Origin: an uncultured Candidatus Saccharibacteria bacterium
Lineage (GTDB): Bacteria; Patescibacteriota; Minisyncoccia; Phycocordibacterales; DATGWK01
Direction of reading: 5' to 3'
Length of the DNA: 64,000 nucleotides
Assembly (NCBI GenBank): GCA_964356815.1
Contig: CAYHIR010000001.1
Coordinates: forward strand, 32,297-96,296
Shown here: positions 36,729-47,514 of the stretch, one piece after another
Position numbering within the stretch: the first letter of the stretch is position 1
How the letters are laid out: the number at the start of each line of letters is the position of its first letter
Notes under the pieces: model-generated
Told to the model about the DNA's origin: nothing
Databases searched by the model: none
The model's input: only the letters and a program-made list of their open reading frames with translations
Translations under genes and position numbers: made by a program

Positions 36729-37865
36729 ATGGAAAAAAAATTAAAATCAACTAAGACAAAATTGGTGGAGGCTGTGGAAAACGAAGTGGGTGAAGCAGAA
36801 GTAGTGAAAAAAGATAGCTTGATGGCCACTTTGATGGCCGATAGCAAAACACCGCCCTCAATCGGTGATTTAGTCGAGGGTACGGTTATTGGTATTGAAA
36901 AGTCGGCTGTCTATGTTGATCTACCTATATTCGGAACAGGTATCATTTTCGGTCGCGAATACATCAACGCTAAAGACATTATAAAGAAGGTCAACGTCGG
37001 CGACGGCATTGCTGGAAAGGTTATTAGCCTCGACAACAAAGAGGGTTATATTGAAATCTCTCTCAAGGAAGCTCGCCAAGCTCTCATCTGGAGCGAGGCA
37101 GAGCAAGCTATAAACAGCAAAACTGTCTACGAACTGCCTATTCAAGATGCCAATAAGGGTGGTCTTATTCTCATGTGGCAAGGTTTGAGCGGCTTCCTTC
37201 CGGCCTCCCAGCTAAATACTCAGCACTACCCTCGCGTAGCTGATGGCGATAAAGATCGAATTCTTGAAGAATTAAAAAAACTGATCGGTCAGAAGATTGC
37301 TGTCTCTATAATCGGTGCAATACCAAAAGAAGGTAAACTTATTTTCTCTGAAAAAAGTCCGGAAATTAAACAGAAAGAAAAAATTATCGGCAAATATGCT
37401 GTTGGTGATGAAGTCGGCGGCGAAGTTACAGGTATTGTCGACTTCGGCGTCTTCGTAAAACTCGAAGAGGGTCTTGAAGGTCTCGTTCATATCTCTGAGG
37501 TTGATTGGGCACTCGTCGAAAATCTAAAATCGATGTTTAAAGTTGGTGAAAAAGTAAATGTAAAAATTATTGAGATTAAAGAAGGCAAAATTTCTCTCTC
37601 TATCAAAGCTCTCAAGCCAAATCCTTGGGTTGAAGCCGAGAAAAAATACAAAAAAGACAGCGTGGTGCAAGCAGTAGTCATCAAGTTCAACAAACACGGC
37701 GCTCTCGCCTCAATAGAAGAAGGCGTTGCTGGCCTTGTCCACATCTCCGAGTTTGGTAGCGAAACAAAAATGCGCGAGAAGTTAAGTCTCGGCAAAAGAT
37801 ACAACTTTAAAATCACCCTTTTCGATCCAAAAGAGCAGAAAATGACACTTTCGTTTGTGGAGTAA
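36729..37865 (+). CDS. rpsA: 30S ribosomal protein S1-like (four S1 RNA-binding domains)
   Basis: 378 aa; repeated S1 OB-fold motifs (GxVxGxVxxIxxFGxFVxL). Confidence 0.7.
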   Translation: MEKKLKSTKTKLVEAVENEVGEAEVVKKDSLMATLMADSKTPPSIGDLVEGTVIGIEKSAVYVDLPIFGTGIIFGREYINAKDIIKKVNVGDGIAGKVISLDNKEGYIEISLKEARQALIWSEAEQAINSKTVYELPIQDANKGGLILMWQGLSGFLPASQLNTQHYPRVADGDKDRILEELKKLIGQKIAVSIIGAIPKEGKLIFSEKSPEIKQKEKIIGKYAVGDEVGGEVTGIVDFGVFVKLEEGLEGLVHISEVDWALVENLKSMFKVGEKVNVKIIEIKEGKISLSIKALKPNPWVEAEKKYKKDSVVQAVVIKFNKHGALASIEEGVAGLVHISEFGSETKMREKLSLGKRYNFKITLFDPKEQKMTLSFVE

Positions 37866-37870
37866 AATTT

Positions 37871-38491
37871 TCAGCTCTGATTAAAACTCCCCATCGCCCT
37901 TTCGTGGCCTTCGGAAATAATCGCTTGTACCGCGGCAGGAATTTTTGCTAAAACCTTTTTCAGTTCTTTCTCTTCGTTTGGACGAAATGGTGCGACGATA
38001 AATTTGGCCACCGCCTCATCGCCGGCTGGCTTTTTTATTTTGCCGCTTGGTGTGACTGGCGCGATACCAACACGAATACGCACAAAGCTTTCTGTCTTCA
38101 GCGCGCGAATAATGGATTCGACGCCGCGATGACCGCCAGAGCTACGATTGAAAGAAATTTTCATTTTGCCGATTGGTAAATCGAGGTCGTCGTAAACCAC
38201 AATAAGCTTGGTGGCGGCTTTTTGGCTTTTCACAAGTGCCGCCGCAGTGACACCAGACTTGTTCATAAAAGTTTCTGGCATGGCGAACAGAATTTTTTGG
38301 TCGGCGGTGGCTGATTTCGAGGCGACGCCGCCCGCAACACCAGCAGAAATTAGCGCCGAGGATTTTTTTTGAGCCTCCCACTCAGGCAAATTAAATTTTT
38401 TGCGCGCGATTTCAAGTGCCATGCGGCCAGTGTTGTGCCGCGTTTTTTCGTATTCTTCGCCGGGATTGCCGAGACCTAAAATTGTATACAT
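37871..38491 (-). CDS. pth: Peptidyl-tRNA hydrolase
   Basis: 206 aa; GLGNPG...HNTG and DDLDLPxG motifs. Confidence 0.9.
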   Translation of the reverse strand: MYTILGLGNPGEEYEKTRHNTGRMALEIARKKFNLPEWEAQKKSSALISAGVAGGVASKSATADQKILFAMPETFMNKSGVTAAALVKSQKAATKLIVVYDDLDLPIGKMKISFNRSSGGHRGVESIIRALKTESFVRIRVGIAPVTPSGKIKKPAGDEAVAKFIVAPFRPNEEKELKKVLAKIPAAVQAIISEGHERAMGSFNQS

Positions 38492-38595
38492 GAAAATATT
38501 TTAACACGATAAATTGATTTTAATTAGTACAGAGACACAGCTAAAACGACTATGTCAATTGTGCAGAATGCAGACAGGTACTACAATGTACGCCA

Positions 38596-39192
38596 ATGGA
38601 CGAGCTTGAAAATAAAAATGTTGTTGAAATTAGTAAAAGTAAAAAATCTTTTTTTGTCGAAATTTTTAAATTTGCTCTAATTGCCATCCTCATCGTCGTT
38701 CCCTTCCGTCTCTATGTCGCTCAGCCTTTTATTGTCTCCGGCGCTTCGATGGATCCCACTTTCCACGACGGCGACTACTTAGTGATCGACCAACTCTCAC
38801 ACAATTTTAAAGATCCACACCGTGGTGAAGTGGTAATTTTTCGTTATCCAAAAGATGAAACAAAGTTTTTTATAAAAAGAATCATCGGTTTGCCAAACGA
38901 AACGGTCGAGATTCACAGTGGCGTGGTGGTTATAAAAAATAAAGATTATCCAGACGGTTTTGCGCTCACAGAAGCCTATATCACCCTAGAAAACAAAAAA
39001 GTAACCGATTTTTCATCTTTCAAGTTGGGTGACGAAGAATTTTTCGTCCTCGGCGACAATCGTCTAGCCAGTCTCGACTCTCGAGTGTGGGGAGCGGTGC
39101 CAGAAAAGCTCATCGTTGGCCGACCGTTAGTGCGCGTTTTACCAATAGATCAAATCGGTACTCTGCCTGGCACGATGCAATTTGCGCAGTGA
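38596..39192 (+). CDS. lepB: Signal peptidase I
   Basis: 198 aa; catalytic SGASMDPT (Ser) and KRIIGLPNE (Lys) boxes; GDNRxxSxDSR box. Confidence 0.85.
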   Translation: MDELENKNVVEISKSKKSFFVEIFKFALIAILIVVPFRLYVAQPFIVSGASMDPTFHDGDYLVIDQLSHNFKDPHRGEVVIFRYPKDETKFFIKRIIGLPNETVEIHSGVVVIKNKDYPDGFALTEAYITLENKKVTDFSSFKLGDEEFFVLGDNRLASLDSRVWGAVPEKLIVGRPLVRVLPIDQIGTLPGTMQFAQ

Positions 39193-39222
39193 GGTGTGGA
39201 CGAAAAAAATTAAAATACCAAA

Positions 39223-40494
39223 ATGAGCACGGCAAAAAAATCTAACAACGGACAACATTATGCTCTCAAAGATTGGGGTCGAGCCGCCGAGACAGCTCTT
39301 TTCTACGGATTCACACCGGTCAAAACGCCCCGCATCGATAAAAAAGATTTAAACCTTGGTCAAATAATACTCGAGCAAAAAAAAGAAATTATTTATCCTC
39401 ACAAGCTCTACCCGCGTCCAGAAGAAAGAGCTGCCGTGCTTCGTACATATAATGAGTGGCAACTCTCCAACATGCCCCAGCCCGTAATGCTCTATTATGA
39501 GCGACCTTTTGGCGGAGTCAAAGAAAGACGCGCGCCAAACGAAGTACAGATCGGCTTGGAAATAATTGGCGCGGGTGGCGGCGTGGCTGATGCAGTAGCT
39601 CTAAAAACTACTTTCTCAATTCTTTCCGACTACGGCCTGAAAAATCTGGTCGTAGAAATAAACAGCTTGGGCGACAGAGAATCCATCTTGAGATTCGACC
39701 GCGAGCTTTCAACCTTTGTGCGCAAACAGAGCAACCAGGTCGCCCCAGAACTTCGCCAAGCTTTTCGTCAAGATCCTTTTGAGGCGCTTTTTTCCAAAAA
39801 GGAAGATGTGGAGAAAAATTATCGCGAACTTCGAAGCCGAGCGCCACAAACCCTAGGATGCCTCACCGAACCAAGTGCTCTCCACTTTAAAGAAGTCTTG
39901 GAGCACTTGGAGGCTCTGGAAATGCCGTACAGAATAAATCATGGACTTTTGCCAGAAAGGCAGTATTGCTCGCACACCACTTTTGAAATTCACAGCATTG
40001 ATGAGGGCGAAGTTGGAAAAACAAACGGCAACACAGCCAGCGGCGCGAGTGAGGGTCGTGAAGCAAGTGACGAGATCGTAGCTTTTGGTAGCAGACACAA
40101 CCATATCTCTAAAAAAATCGGCTTTAAAAAAGACATACCGATGATGAGCGTCAATATCGCCTTCAAGAAAAAAACTCCGGATCCAAAAGCAATATTAAAA
40201 TCTCGCTTCAAGCCAAGATTTTATTTCATTCAGTTCGGCAACATCGCCAAGCTAAAAAGTTTGCCGCTCATTGAGACACTTCGCCGGGCAAATATTCCGG
40301 TTCATCATTCTCTTACTCGTGACAAGTTTGTAAGCCAACTCTCAGTGGCCGAAGACACCGCGTCGCCTTTTGTAATCATCATGGGTCAAAAAGAGGCCCT
40401 CGAGAACACGGTTGTGGTGCGCCACTCTGTGACCCGTGCCCAGCAGATTGTCTCTATACTCGACCTGCCCCGATACTTGAGCAAATTACGCTAA
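39223..40494 (+). CDS. Divergent class II aaRS-like protein (HisRS/HisZ-like) with recognisable C-terminal anticodon-binding-like domain
   Basis: 423 aa; the C-terminal segment FVIIMGQKEALENTVVVRHSVT resembles the HGPT anticodon-binding fold of HisRS. Canonical motif 2/3 are not evident on reading. Confidence 0.45.
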   Translation: MSTAKKSNNGQHYALKDWGRAAETALFYGFTPVKTPRIDKKDLNLGQIILEQKKEIIYPHKLYPRPEERAAVLRTYNEWQLSNMPQPVMLYYERPFGGVKERRAPNEVQIGLEIIGAGGGVADAVALKTTFSILSDYGLKNLVVEINSLGDRESILRFDRELSTFVRKQSNQVAPELRQAFRQDPFEALFSKKEDVEKNYRELRSRAPQTLGCLTEPSALHFKEVLEHLEALEMPYRINHGLLPERQYCSHTTFEIHSIDEGEVGKTNGNTASGASEGREASDEIVAFGSRHNHISKKIGFKKDIPMMSVNIAFKKKTPDPKAILKSRFKPRFYFIQFGNIAKLKSLPLIETLRRANIPVHHSLTRDKFVSQLSVAEDTASPFVIIMGQKEALENTVVVRHSVTRAQQIVSILDLPRYLSKLR

Positions 40495-40508
40495 TGTGTT
40501 AGCATCTT

Positions 40509-40757
40509 TTGACCTATATGATAAATGTTCAAGTAGAGAAAAATGCCAACGAAAACGGCCTTAGCCTGCTTAAGCGCTTTACCCGAAAAGTTCAAAGCTC
40601 TGGGGTTATTGTGAGCGTCCGAAGCAATCGCTACAGCGAACGACAGCCTTCCGAATACACTAAGAAAAAGCGAGCCCTTAAATCTATTGCTCGCCGAGAA
40701 AAAATCAACGAGCTCATTAAGCTTGGCAAAATCACAGAAAAACCAGCGAGACAATAA
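40509..40757 (+). CDS. rpsU: 30S ribosomal protein S21
   Basis: 82 aa; basic, SLLKRFTRKVQSSGVIVSVRSNRYSERQPSEYTKKKRALK pattern; alternative ATG at 40518. Confidence 0.65.
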   Translation: MTYMINVQVEKNANENGLSLLKRFTRKVQSSGVIVSVRSNRYSERQPSEYTKKKRALKSIARREKINELIKLGKITEKPARQ

Positions 40758-40780
40758 ACGGCATTAGAGAGACACAATAA

Positions 40781-41251
40781 ATGACATCGGAGACTTCATT
40801 GAGCGCATCATCTGCAGATACCAACTTCCTCATAGTAAAAGAAACCAAGGGCGAGCTACCAAGCTTGCCTTTTGATTTGATGAAACAAGGTGTCTTGGGC
40901 ACAGACTACGATTTGAGTCTCATATTTGCGAGTAACGAAAAACTCAAGGAGTTGAATAAAAAATATCGCGATAAAAACGGCACCACAGATATTTTGAGTT
41001 TCCCTATTTCAGAAAAAAACGGTGAGATTTATATTTCGATAAAAGAATCTGCACGACAAGCAGAAAATTTTGGTTATAAAAATTTGCCAAAAAAAATTTC
41101 GACGGGAGAAGCAACAGAGATCGAAAAATTTATCGGTTTTTTGTTTATCCACGGAATGCTTCATTTGAAAGGTTACTCTCACGGTAGTACAATGGAACGA
41201 GAGGAAGCGAAATTCGTCAAAAAGTTTCGCCTATCACCTTCAGGCGAGTAA
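40781..41251 (+). CDS. ybeY: rRNA maturation endoribonuclease YbeY
   Basis: 156 aa; DILSFP and HGMLHLKGYSH (H-x3-H-x5-H zinc motif). Confidence 0.8.
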   Translation: MTSETSLSASSADTNFLIVKETKGELPSLPFDLMKQGVLGTDYDLSLIFASNEKLKELNKKYRDKNGTTDILSFPISEKNGEIYISIKESARQAENFGYKNLPKKISTGEATEIEKFIGFLFIHGMLHLKGYSHGSTMEREEAKFVKKFRLSPSGE

Positions 41252-41305
41252 AGATTGCCTGCACAGATTCTCACGACAGATAAAAGTGCGCAGAAAAAAA
41301 TATAA

Positions 41306-42484
41306 ATGGCAAAAAAAATTGCTGTTGGCATCGATATAGGTACATATCAAATTAAAACCGTCGTCGCAGAAGCCACGGAAGAAGGCGGTGGTCTTTTGCC
41401 GCGCATACTTGGCACTGGCTTTGCCGAATCTCGCGGTTTGCGCCACGGATATATCATCAACCCAACAGATGTCCTCGCATGTCTAAAGCGATCCGTTGTT
41501 CAAGCAGAAAAGTCGAGTGGTGTAAGAATAAGAAAAGCTTTTGTGTCCGTCGGTGGTGTAGGCCTTGGTAGCGTTGTTTCGAGCGGCTCGGTTATTATCA
41601 CTCGTGCTGATGCAGAGATCGGCAAGCTCGATATGGACAAAGTAGTGGAGGCGGCTGGCAAAGAAATCCCGCCATCTATTGCCCTAAACAGACAGGTCAT
41701 TCACAGCGTGCCCATTCAATACAAACTCGACGGCAAAGTGGTGCTTGGGAATCCTGTGGGTATGCGTGGCGCAAAGCTTGAAGCGAAAGTGCTTTTTGTA
41801 AATTGTCTTGAAAGACACATAGAAGATTTGGTAGACGCGGTGGAAGCGGCTGGCATAGAAGTGGTAGATGTCATGGCCGCGCCTTTTGCGGCCGGGCTCG
41901 TCACTCTGAGCAAAACTCAAAAAATTGCTGGCTGTCTGCTCGCAAACATTGGTGCGGAAACGCTTTCCATTGCTGCCTTTGAAAACAATCGCCCGATTTC
42001 TCTAGAAGTTTTTCCTCGCGGCTCTACAGATATTACAAACGACATAGCCATTGGCTTTAAAATTCCGATAGAAGAAGCGGAGCATTTAAAACTCGGCGGT
42101 TTGAGTGTGGGAAATTATCCAAAGAAAAAGCTCGATGAAATAATTGAGGCGCGCCTTTCTGATATGTTTGAGCTCATCGAAGCTCATTTGAAAAAAATCG
42201 GCCGCGCGGGTTTGCTTCCGGCCGGCATTATCATCACTGGCGGTGGCGGTGGCGTAGATTTTGTAGAAGAACTTGCCAAGCGTTCACTGGCACTACCTTC
42301 AAAAGTCGCTACCATATTAGTAGCCGACAACAAATCACCATTTAAAGATCCCTCTTGGTCTGTAGCTTGCGGTTTGTGTGTTTTTGGCCTCGAGGCCGAA
42401 CATTCTGGCTCAATAGACCTCGGCATTCCCATTGGAAAAATCCGTGATAGAATTGTAAATCTTTTTAAACAATTTTTGCCATAA
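41306..42484 (+). CDS. ftsA: Cell division protein FtsA
   Basis: 392 aa; actin-like ATPase (GIDIGT, ...GGGG). Confidence 0.9.
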   Translation: MAKKIAVGIDIGTYQIKTVVAEATEEGGGLLPRILGTGFAESRGLRHGYIINPTDVLACLKRSVVQAEKSSGVRIRKAFVSVGGVGLGSVVSSGSVIITRADAEIGKLDMDKVVEAAGKEIPPSIALNRQVIHSVPIQYKLDGKVVLGNPVGMRGAKLEAKVLFVNCLERHIEDLVDAVEAAGIEVVDVMAAPFAAGLVTLSKTQKIAGCLLANIGAETLSIAAFENNRPISLEVFPRGSTDITNDIAIGFKIPIEEAEHLKLGGLSVGNYPKKKLDEIIEARLSDMFELIEAHLKKIGRAGLLPAGIIITGGGGGVDFVEELAKRSLALPSKVATILVADNKSPFKDPSWSVACGLCVFGLEAEHSGSIDLGIPIGKIRDRIVNLFKQFLP

Positions 42485-42554
42485 TCTTCACCATTGCAAC
42501 ACTTTTTACCCCCTTGCACAATCCCCTTTTAACGCCCCAGACAGGTGTGCTATC

Positions 42555-43769
42555 ATGGTGGCACTTCTAAAGGAAAGAAATAAATATATGCCCCAAATAA
42601 AACCAGAAGTTGAAGCCTTTGCTCGAATAAAAGTTATTGGTGTTGGCGGTTCAGGAAAGAATGCTTTGAACCACATGGTCAACTCGAAAGTTCGAGGGGT
42701 GGAATTTATCGCTGTTAATACCGACGCGCAAGATCTACACAACACTCTCGCCAAGAAAAAGATTCATATTGGGAAAAATCTAACTCGCGGTCTCGGCACT
42801 GGCATGAATCCAGAGCTTGGTAAGCGCGCCGTAGAAGAGACTCAGGAAGAAATTCAAGAAGCACTCAAAGGAGCAGACATGGTTTTTGTGGCTGGTGGTG
42901 CGGGTGGCGGTACATACACCGGTGGTGCCCCACGCGTGGCTCGAATCGCTAAAGAGCTTGGTGCACTCACTGTGGGTGTAGCCACAAAGCCGTTCTTCTT
43001 CGAAGGTCAGCAGAGAATGCGCATTGCCGAGCAAGGCCTTGAGGAGCTCCGAGCCAATGTAGATGCAATAATCATCATTCCAAACGATCGTCTTCTCTCT
43101 ATTATCACAAAAGAGACGACGGCTAAAAACGCCTTTGCTATCTGCGACGACGTTTTGAAACAAGCAGTCGAAGGCATCTCCGATCTCATAACCAATCCTG
43201 GCGTGATCAACATAGACTTCGCCGACATTCGCGCCATTATGGAAAACGCTGGCCCAGCTCTCATTGGTGTGGGCTCTGCTGGTGGCGAAAAGCGCGCCGA
43301 AGAGGCCGCAAAAATGGCCATCAATTCCCCACTTCTTGAGCTTTCTATCGCCGGCGCCCGCGGCGTCCTCTTCTCTGTGGCTGGCGGCGAAGATCTTACG
43401 ATGTTCGAAATTCAAGACGCGGCAAAAATCATCACCGAATCTGTCGATCCAAACGCTAAAATTATTTTCGGTACAGTGCGTGATGAAAGACTAAAGAAAA
43501 ACGAAATCCGCATTACCGTTATTGCTACTGGTTTTCCAGAATCACTAGTACGCAAAACTCTTTTTCACCAAGCAGGCGCAGATGACAAGAGCGGCGACTC
43601 CTCAAAACGCGGCAAAATCTACAATCCAATCTCAAGCCCAATTACTCCTAGTGGCATCGGTGCGGTAGAAAAAGATACAAACACTGAGGACAAAAAAAAT
43701 AATCCTGTAGAAGACGATGACGACTGGGGTGCCGTGCCAGCCTTTTTGAGACGCTCGAAGCTCAAATAA
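42555..43769 (+). CDS. ftsZ: Cell division GTPase FtsZ (alternative start at 42588)
   Basis: Tubulin signature GGGTGTG-like ([14 protein letters not shown]) and NTDAQ; C-terminal acidic tail. Confidence 0.9.
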   Translation: MVALLKERNKYMPQIKPEVEAFARIKVIGVGGSGKNALNHMVNSKVRGVEFIAVNTDAQDLHNTLAKKKIHIGKNLTRGLGTGMNPELGKRAVEETQEEIQEALKGADMVFVAGGAGGGTYTGGAPRVARIAKELGALTVGVATKPFFFEGQQRMRIAEQGLEELRANVDAIIIIPNDRLLSIITKETTAKNAFAICDDVLKQAVEGISDLITNPGVINIDFADIRAIMENAGPALIGVGSAGGEKRAEEAAKMAINSPLLELSIAGARGVLFSVAGGEDLTMFEIQDAAKIITESVDPNAKIIFGTVRDERLKKNEIRITVIATGFPESLVRKTLFHQAGADDKSGDSSKRGKIYNPISSPITPSGIGAVEKDTNTEDKKNNPVEDDDDWGAVPAFLRRSKLK

Positions 43770-43785
43770 TAGGAACGCAGAAAAA

Positions 43786-43933
43786 TTTGCTCGGTCCAGC
43801 AGGAAATTTTTCGAGGATTATGGCTAAAGCCATGACAGCTCCTCGGCTCAGAAACACAAAGGTAAACCTTTGTGTTTCTCTCGCCCTACGTCGCTGATAA
43901 GTGAGCGCGCCCAAAGGCAGGCACGCGAACGGT
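43786..43933. repeat. Partial, TIR-less copy of the 52215..52352 element (inverted orientation) with a 76-bp insertion bearing a perfect 12-bp-stem hairpin (43851..43880)
   Basis: 43786..43826 matches the reverse complement of 52272..52312 (1 mismatch in 41 nt). 43903..43933 matches the reverse complement of about 52229..52265. Confidence 0.55.
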
Positions 43934-43978
43934 TTGAGCAAATAGCTATACGATTTTTCGTGCTATAATGTTTTTTCT

Positions 43979-44914
43979 ATGATTTACGATTTAGCAATCA
44001 TTGGTGGTGGTCCGGCTGGTGTAGCTGCCGGAGTTTATGCCGCGCGAAAAAAGCTTCGCACGATTTTCATTACATCCGATTTTAATAGTCAAAGTGTGGT
44101 TTCTGACGACATTCAAAATTGGATTGGCACAGTTTCCATCCGCGGCGAAGATTTGGCAAAAAGTTTGCAGGCTCATCTCGAGGCGTATGCGAGTGATGTG
44201 TTAGATATAAAAATTGGAGAAAAAGCTGTTGATATCCAGAAAGAAGAATGGGGTTTTAAAATAAAAACTGACGCAAGCGAAAATTCTCCCGAATATCGAG
44301 CAAAAACCGTTCTCATCGCCACTGGCGGACAAAGACGGAAGCTTGGTGTACCTGGTGCAGCCGAATTTGAGCATAGGGGTGTCACATATTGCGCTTCGTG
44401 CGATGGGCCACTTTTTGCGGGACAAGATGTCGTTGTTATCGGCGGTGGTAATGCCGGCTTTGAAACTGCCGCCCAACTACTCGCATATGCCAAAAGCGTT
44501 ACTCTGCTTCATAAAAATAAAGAATTTAAAGCTGACGCTATAACTGTCGAAAAAGTTCTCTCTCATCCAAATATGAGGGCGATCATCTCAGCCGAGCCGA
44601 CAAAAATAATTGGCGAAAAATTCGCAAGTGGTATCGTTTATAAAAATTTAGAAACTGGAGAAGAGACTACCCTTTCGGCGACCGGAATTTTTGTGGAAAT
44701 CGGCCTCATTCCAGCAACCAGCTTTGCAAAAGATGTCGCGAAGTTAAATGAGTACGGGCAAATTGTCGTTGACCCTAGAACCCAAGCCTCTTCTACATCT
44801 GGTATTTGGGCGGCTGGCGATTGTACCGACGGCCTCTATCACCAAAACAATATTGCTGCTGGTGATGCGGTCAAAGCCCTCGAAGATATTTATCTCCATT
44901 TAAACGCTGAATAG
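43979..44914 (+). CDS. trxB: Thioredoxin-disulfide reductase
   Basis: 311 aa; FAD GGGPAG, redox CASCDG, NADPH GGGNAG. TGcTATAAT extended -10 upstream. Confidence 0.9.
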   Translation: MIYDLAIIGGGPAGVAAGVYAARKKLRTIFITSDFNSQSVVSDDIQNWIGTVSIRGEDLAKSLQAHLEAYASDVLDIKIGEKAVDIQKEEWGFKIKTDASENSPEYRAKTVLIATGGQRRKLGVPGAAEFEHRGVTYCASCDGPLFAGQDVVVIGGGNAGFETAAQLLAYAKSVTLLHKNKEFKADAITVEKVLSHPNMRAIISAEPTKIIGEKFASGIVYKNLETGEETTLSATGIFVEIGLIPATSFAKDVAKLNEYGQIVVDPRTQASSTSGIWAAGDCTDGLYHQNNIAAGDAVKALEDIYLHLNAE

Positions 44915-44953
44915 CAATTGTGCTTCGAGTTTGCGTAATGCATAATTATACTG

Positions 44954-47281
44954 ATGAAATCTTTCGTCGCGCTTTTTTTATTCTCCTTATCGATAATTTT
45001 TGTTTTCTTTATCACAGGAGCTGACTTTTCTAAACCAAAAGTTTCCGAGGCGGCAGTCTGCACCACTATCAATCGCCCACTCTTCTTTGGTCTAAGTGAC
45101 CCACTCACTGGTGGCCAAGTTACTGAGCTCCAAAATTTTTTGAAAAGTCAGGGCTATTTTTCTGAGGCTATAACTGGCTTCTTCGGAGAAAGCACTGAGG
45201 CGGCAGTGAAAAAATTCCAACGCCGCTACACCATAGCGCTTTTTGGTGAGGTCTACAACATCGGCTTCGGAGCAACGGGTCCACTTACTCGCGCAAAAAT
45301 AAAATCGGTGAGCTGTTATGTCCCGCCGCCACCTCGACCAGCAGCAGTAGTGCCTGCAACCACACCACCGCCAGTCGCTATACCTGTTGTTCCACCACCA
45401 GTAGAGCCGCCAGTGGCGCCACCTACAGCTGGACCGCTTTCTGTCACATGTCGCCCATCACCAAGCGGAACCACGATAGGAGATTCGATAAATTGGCGCT
45501 CTACAATAGTGTCTAGCCCAAACACAACCCACACTTACAACTGGCAAGGTACAGATGGACTTACGGGCACAAATTCTAGTGCACCAAAAACATATTCAAC
45601 TGTAGGCACCAAAAGCGCTTCGGTCACGGTCGATGGCCAAACATTCACATGTACACCAAATCTAACTGTCAGCCTCGTGCCGCCTCCTACAGTTTCATGG
45701 CCATTAGCTTCTCTCTCACCCGAGCCGCTTTTCGCCACCACAGACAGCTTCAATGGTGGTGGACAGCAAAATTATGCTTATTTAACTCAACGATACGGCA
45801 TTCTTTTCAGCCCATTCGCCACAAACCAAAGCAGTGAAGTCGCTCGTTCAATGAGTGATATGGGCAAGATGCTTGAAGGTCGAAGGGTTTTTTATTCTTT
45901 AACCTCTTATCCAGACCATGCAGCAATTGCCGGCGATTCATTAGATAATTGCAAAAGTGTGGTGGACGGAATTGAAACACTGACATCTTTTCCTTGTCCA
46001 TGGTGGGATAATGGCGTCGACAAAACAAAAACAGCTTTCACCGATTTTGCCAGCGCTTTCAAAACCGCCGGCGGAGTTATGGATTTCATAATACTCGATA
46101 CTGAACGACATTTTGTAAACTGGACAATACAATCGGTGGAACACGCTGATGCCATACAAAATGATCCGCGCTTTGCTGATTTACTAACAGAGCTCCAATC
46201 GTCACTCTCTTTCTATGTAGTGCCCCCACCCGCTGAGTTTCATTTTTTTGAGAGTATTATTTCAGGCAACAATTCTCCCGCTCCTAAATGGGGGCAACAC
46301 GCAATACCCCAGCCAGAAGCCGCCGACAATTATCTAAAATGGAACGAGTGGAATTATGGACTAACTGCAGATTATATAGAAGATGCAATTTATGATCCAT
46401 TGCGATCGCAATTTGGTGGTGGACTCAAGGGTACAGACTATGGGTATCACAATCACAACCAGTCTGATGGTATAGAAGACTTCAACGGACATCGAGTAAG
46501 CGACTACGGAAACGGCGCAGTCGTTGGTACTCACCAAAGCGCGAGTCTTTATGGCGCACTTGGAAATATTTCACTCAGCAAAAATGCTTTCAACGCTTTC
46601 AAATATGATCAGAACCAAATGCGGTCGATGCGGCTTTCTTCTGGAGCACCACTTTCACCCTGGTTTGCACCACGCTCTTGGAATGGCGACAGCGCTTACA
46701 ATGTCCAAATAGATAATTCAGATTACTACGAAGAAAATGTTATACACGCCGCGCTTGTAAGCGATGAAGACGACGAGTTTATTCTTTGGAATAGTGGTGG
46801 CTCAGCCACAAACGATCAGGCCTTCCACAACGCTTTATCTGAGTTCAACATTGCCGCCGGCTACAGCAATCGCCAGCCACTCACAAACGATTTGATAGAC
46901 TTAGACGACGATGAGGTGGTATACACAGGCACACGGGTGGGCGGTTATAAAGTTTGGCGATTTACACCGAGATTAAATAGTGGTCAAAATATAACAAGCT
47001 TCATAACAAATGACGGCAACCCCGATGGTAGCGAGTCTGTGGTGTTTGATGTAAATGGCGACACTACTACTTTTCCCAACGCTTTCATCTACACTCCAAG
47101 CAGTCCAGTTTCCGATTTTGGTGCTTGGGTAATACAGACAGGGAGTGCAGGTAATCCGCAAGTGAGCTCACTCGATGGTGCAAACAAAAACAGCCAATTG
47201 GCCAATGTGTATGCCACAAAAAAATCTTTCTATAATTTTTGGTCAGTGGTGTGGAGAGAAATTCTCGAAATTTTTAAATAG
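44954..47281 (+). CDS. Large secreted protein: signal peptide, peptidoglycan-binding-like domain, Pro-rich linker, PKD-like domain, large uncharacterised C-terminal region
   Basis: 775 aa; PG_binding_1-like LTGGQVTELQNFLKSQGYF...AVKKFQ; PPPPRPAAVVPATTPPP linker; GC-rich. Confidence 0.6.
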   Translation: MKSFVALFLFSLSIIFVFFITGADFSKPKVSEAAVCTTINRPLFFGLSDPLTGGQVTELQNFLKSQGYFSEAITGFFGESTEAAVKKFQRRYTIALFGEVYNIGFGATGPLTRAKIKSVSCYVPPPPRPAAVVPATTPPPVAIPVVPPPVEPPVAPPTAGPLSVTCRPSPSGTTIGDSINWRSTIVSSPNTTHTYNWQGTDGLTGTNSSAPKTYSTVGTKSASVTVDGQTFTCTPNLTVSLVPPPTVSWPLASLSPEPLFATTDSFNGGGQQNYAYLTQRYGILFSPFATNQSSEVARSMSDMGKMLEGRRVFYSLTSYPDHAAIAGDSLDNCKSVVDGIETLTSFPCPWWDNGVDKTKTAFTDFASAFKTAGGVMDFIILDTERHFVNWTIQSVEHADAIQNDPRFADLLTELQSSLSFYVVPPPAEFHFFESIISGNNSPAPKWGQHAIPQPEAADNYLKWNEWNYGLTADYIEDAIYDPLRSQFGGGLKGTDYGYHNHNQSDGIEDFNGHRVSDYGNGAVVGTHQSASLYGALGNISLSKNAFNAFKYDQNQMRSMRLSSGAPLSPWFAPRSWNGDSAYNVQIDNSDYYEENVIHAALVSDEDDEFILWNSGGSATNDQAFHNALSEFNIAAGYSNRQPLTNDLIDLDDDEVVYTGTRVGGYKVWRFTPRLNSGQNITSFITNDGNPDGSESVVFDVNGDTTTFPNAFIYTPSSPVSDFGAWVIQTGSAGNPQVSSLDGANKNSQLANVYATKKSFYNFWSVVWREILEIFK

Positions 47282-47309
47282 AAACAGAAATTATTTGCTA
47301 TCGCTCATT

Positions 47310-47396
47310 CGGAAGAGGTGGGATTCGAACCCACGATGCCCTTACGGGCATGCCGCATTTCGAATGCGGTTCATTCGACCACTCTGACACTCTTCC
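47310..47396 (-). tRNA. tRNA-Ser (anticodon CGA)
   Basis: Minus reading: GGAAGAG...anticodon stem CCGCA/TGCGG with loop TTCGAAA...long variable arm...GGGTTCGAATCCC...CTCTTCC G. Confidence 0.8.
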
Positions 47397-47514
47397 AAAA
47401 TTGTCGGCACACTATCGTCGATCTGTTATATCAGTTTTTGGCGTTTTAGACAAAAAGTGCTAGAATTTTTTGGTTTCAATTTTGGGCAAAAGTTGCCCAG
47501 TTTTGTTCATTTCC

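Noticed and set aside
43851-43880. Perfect 12-bp-stem hairpin as ftsZ terminator
   Set aside because: It lacks a following U-run. It more likely belongs to the inserted repeat copy, though a terminator role cannot be excluded.
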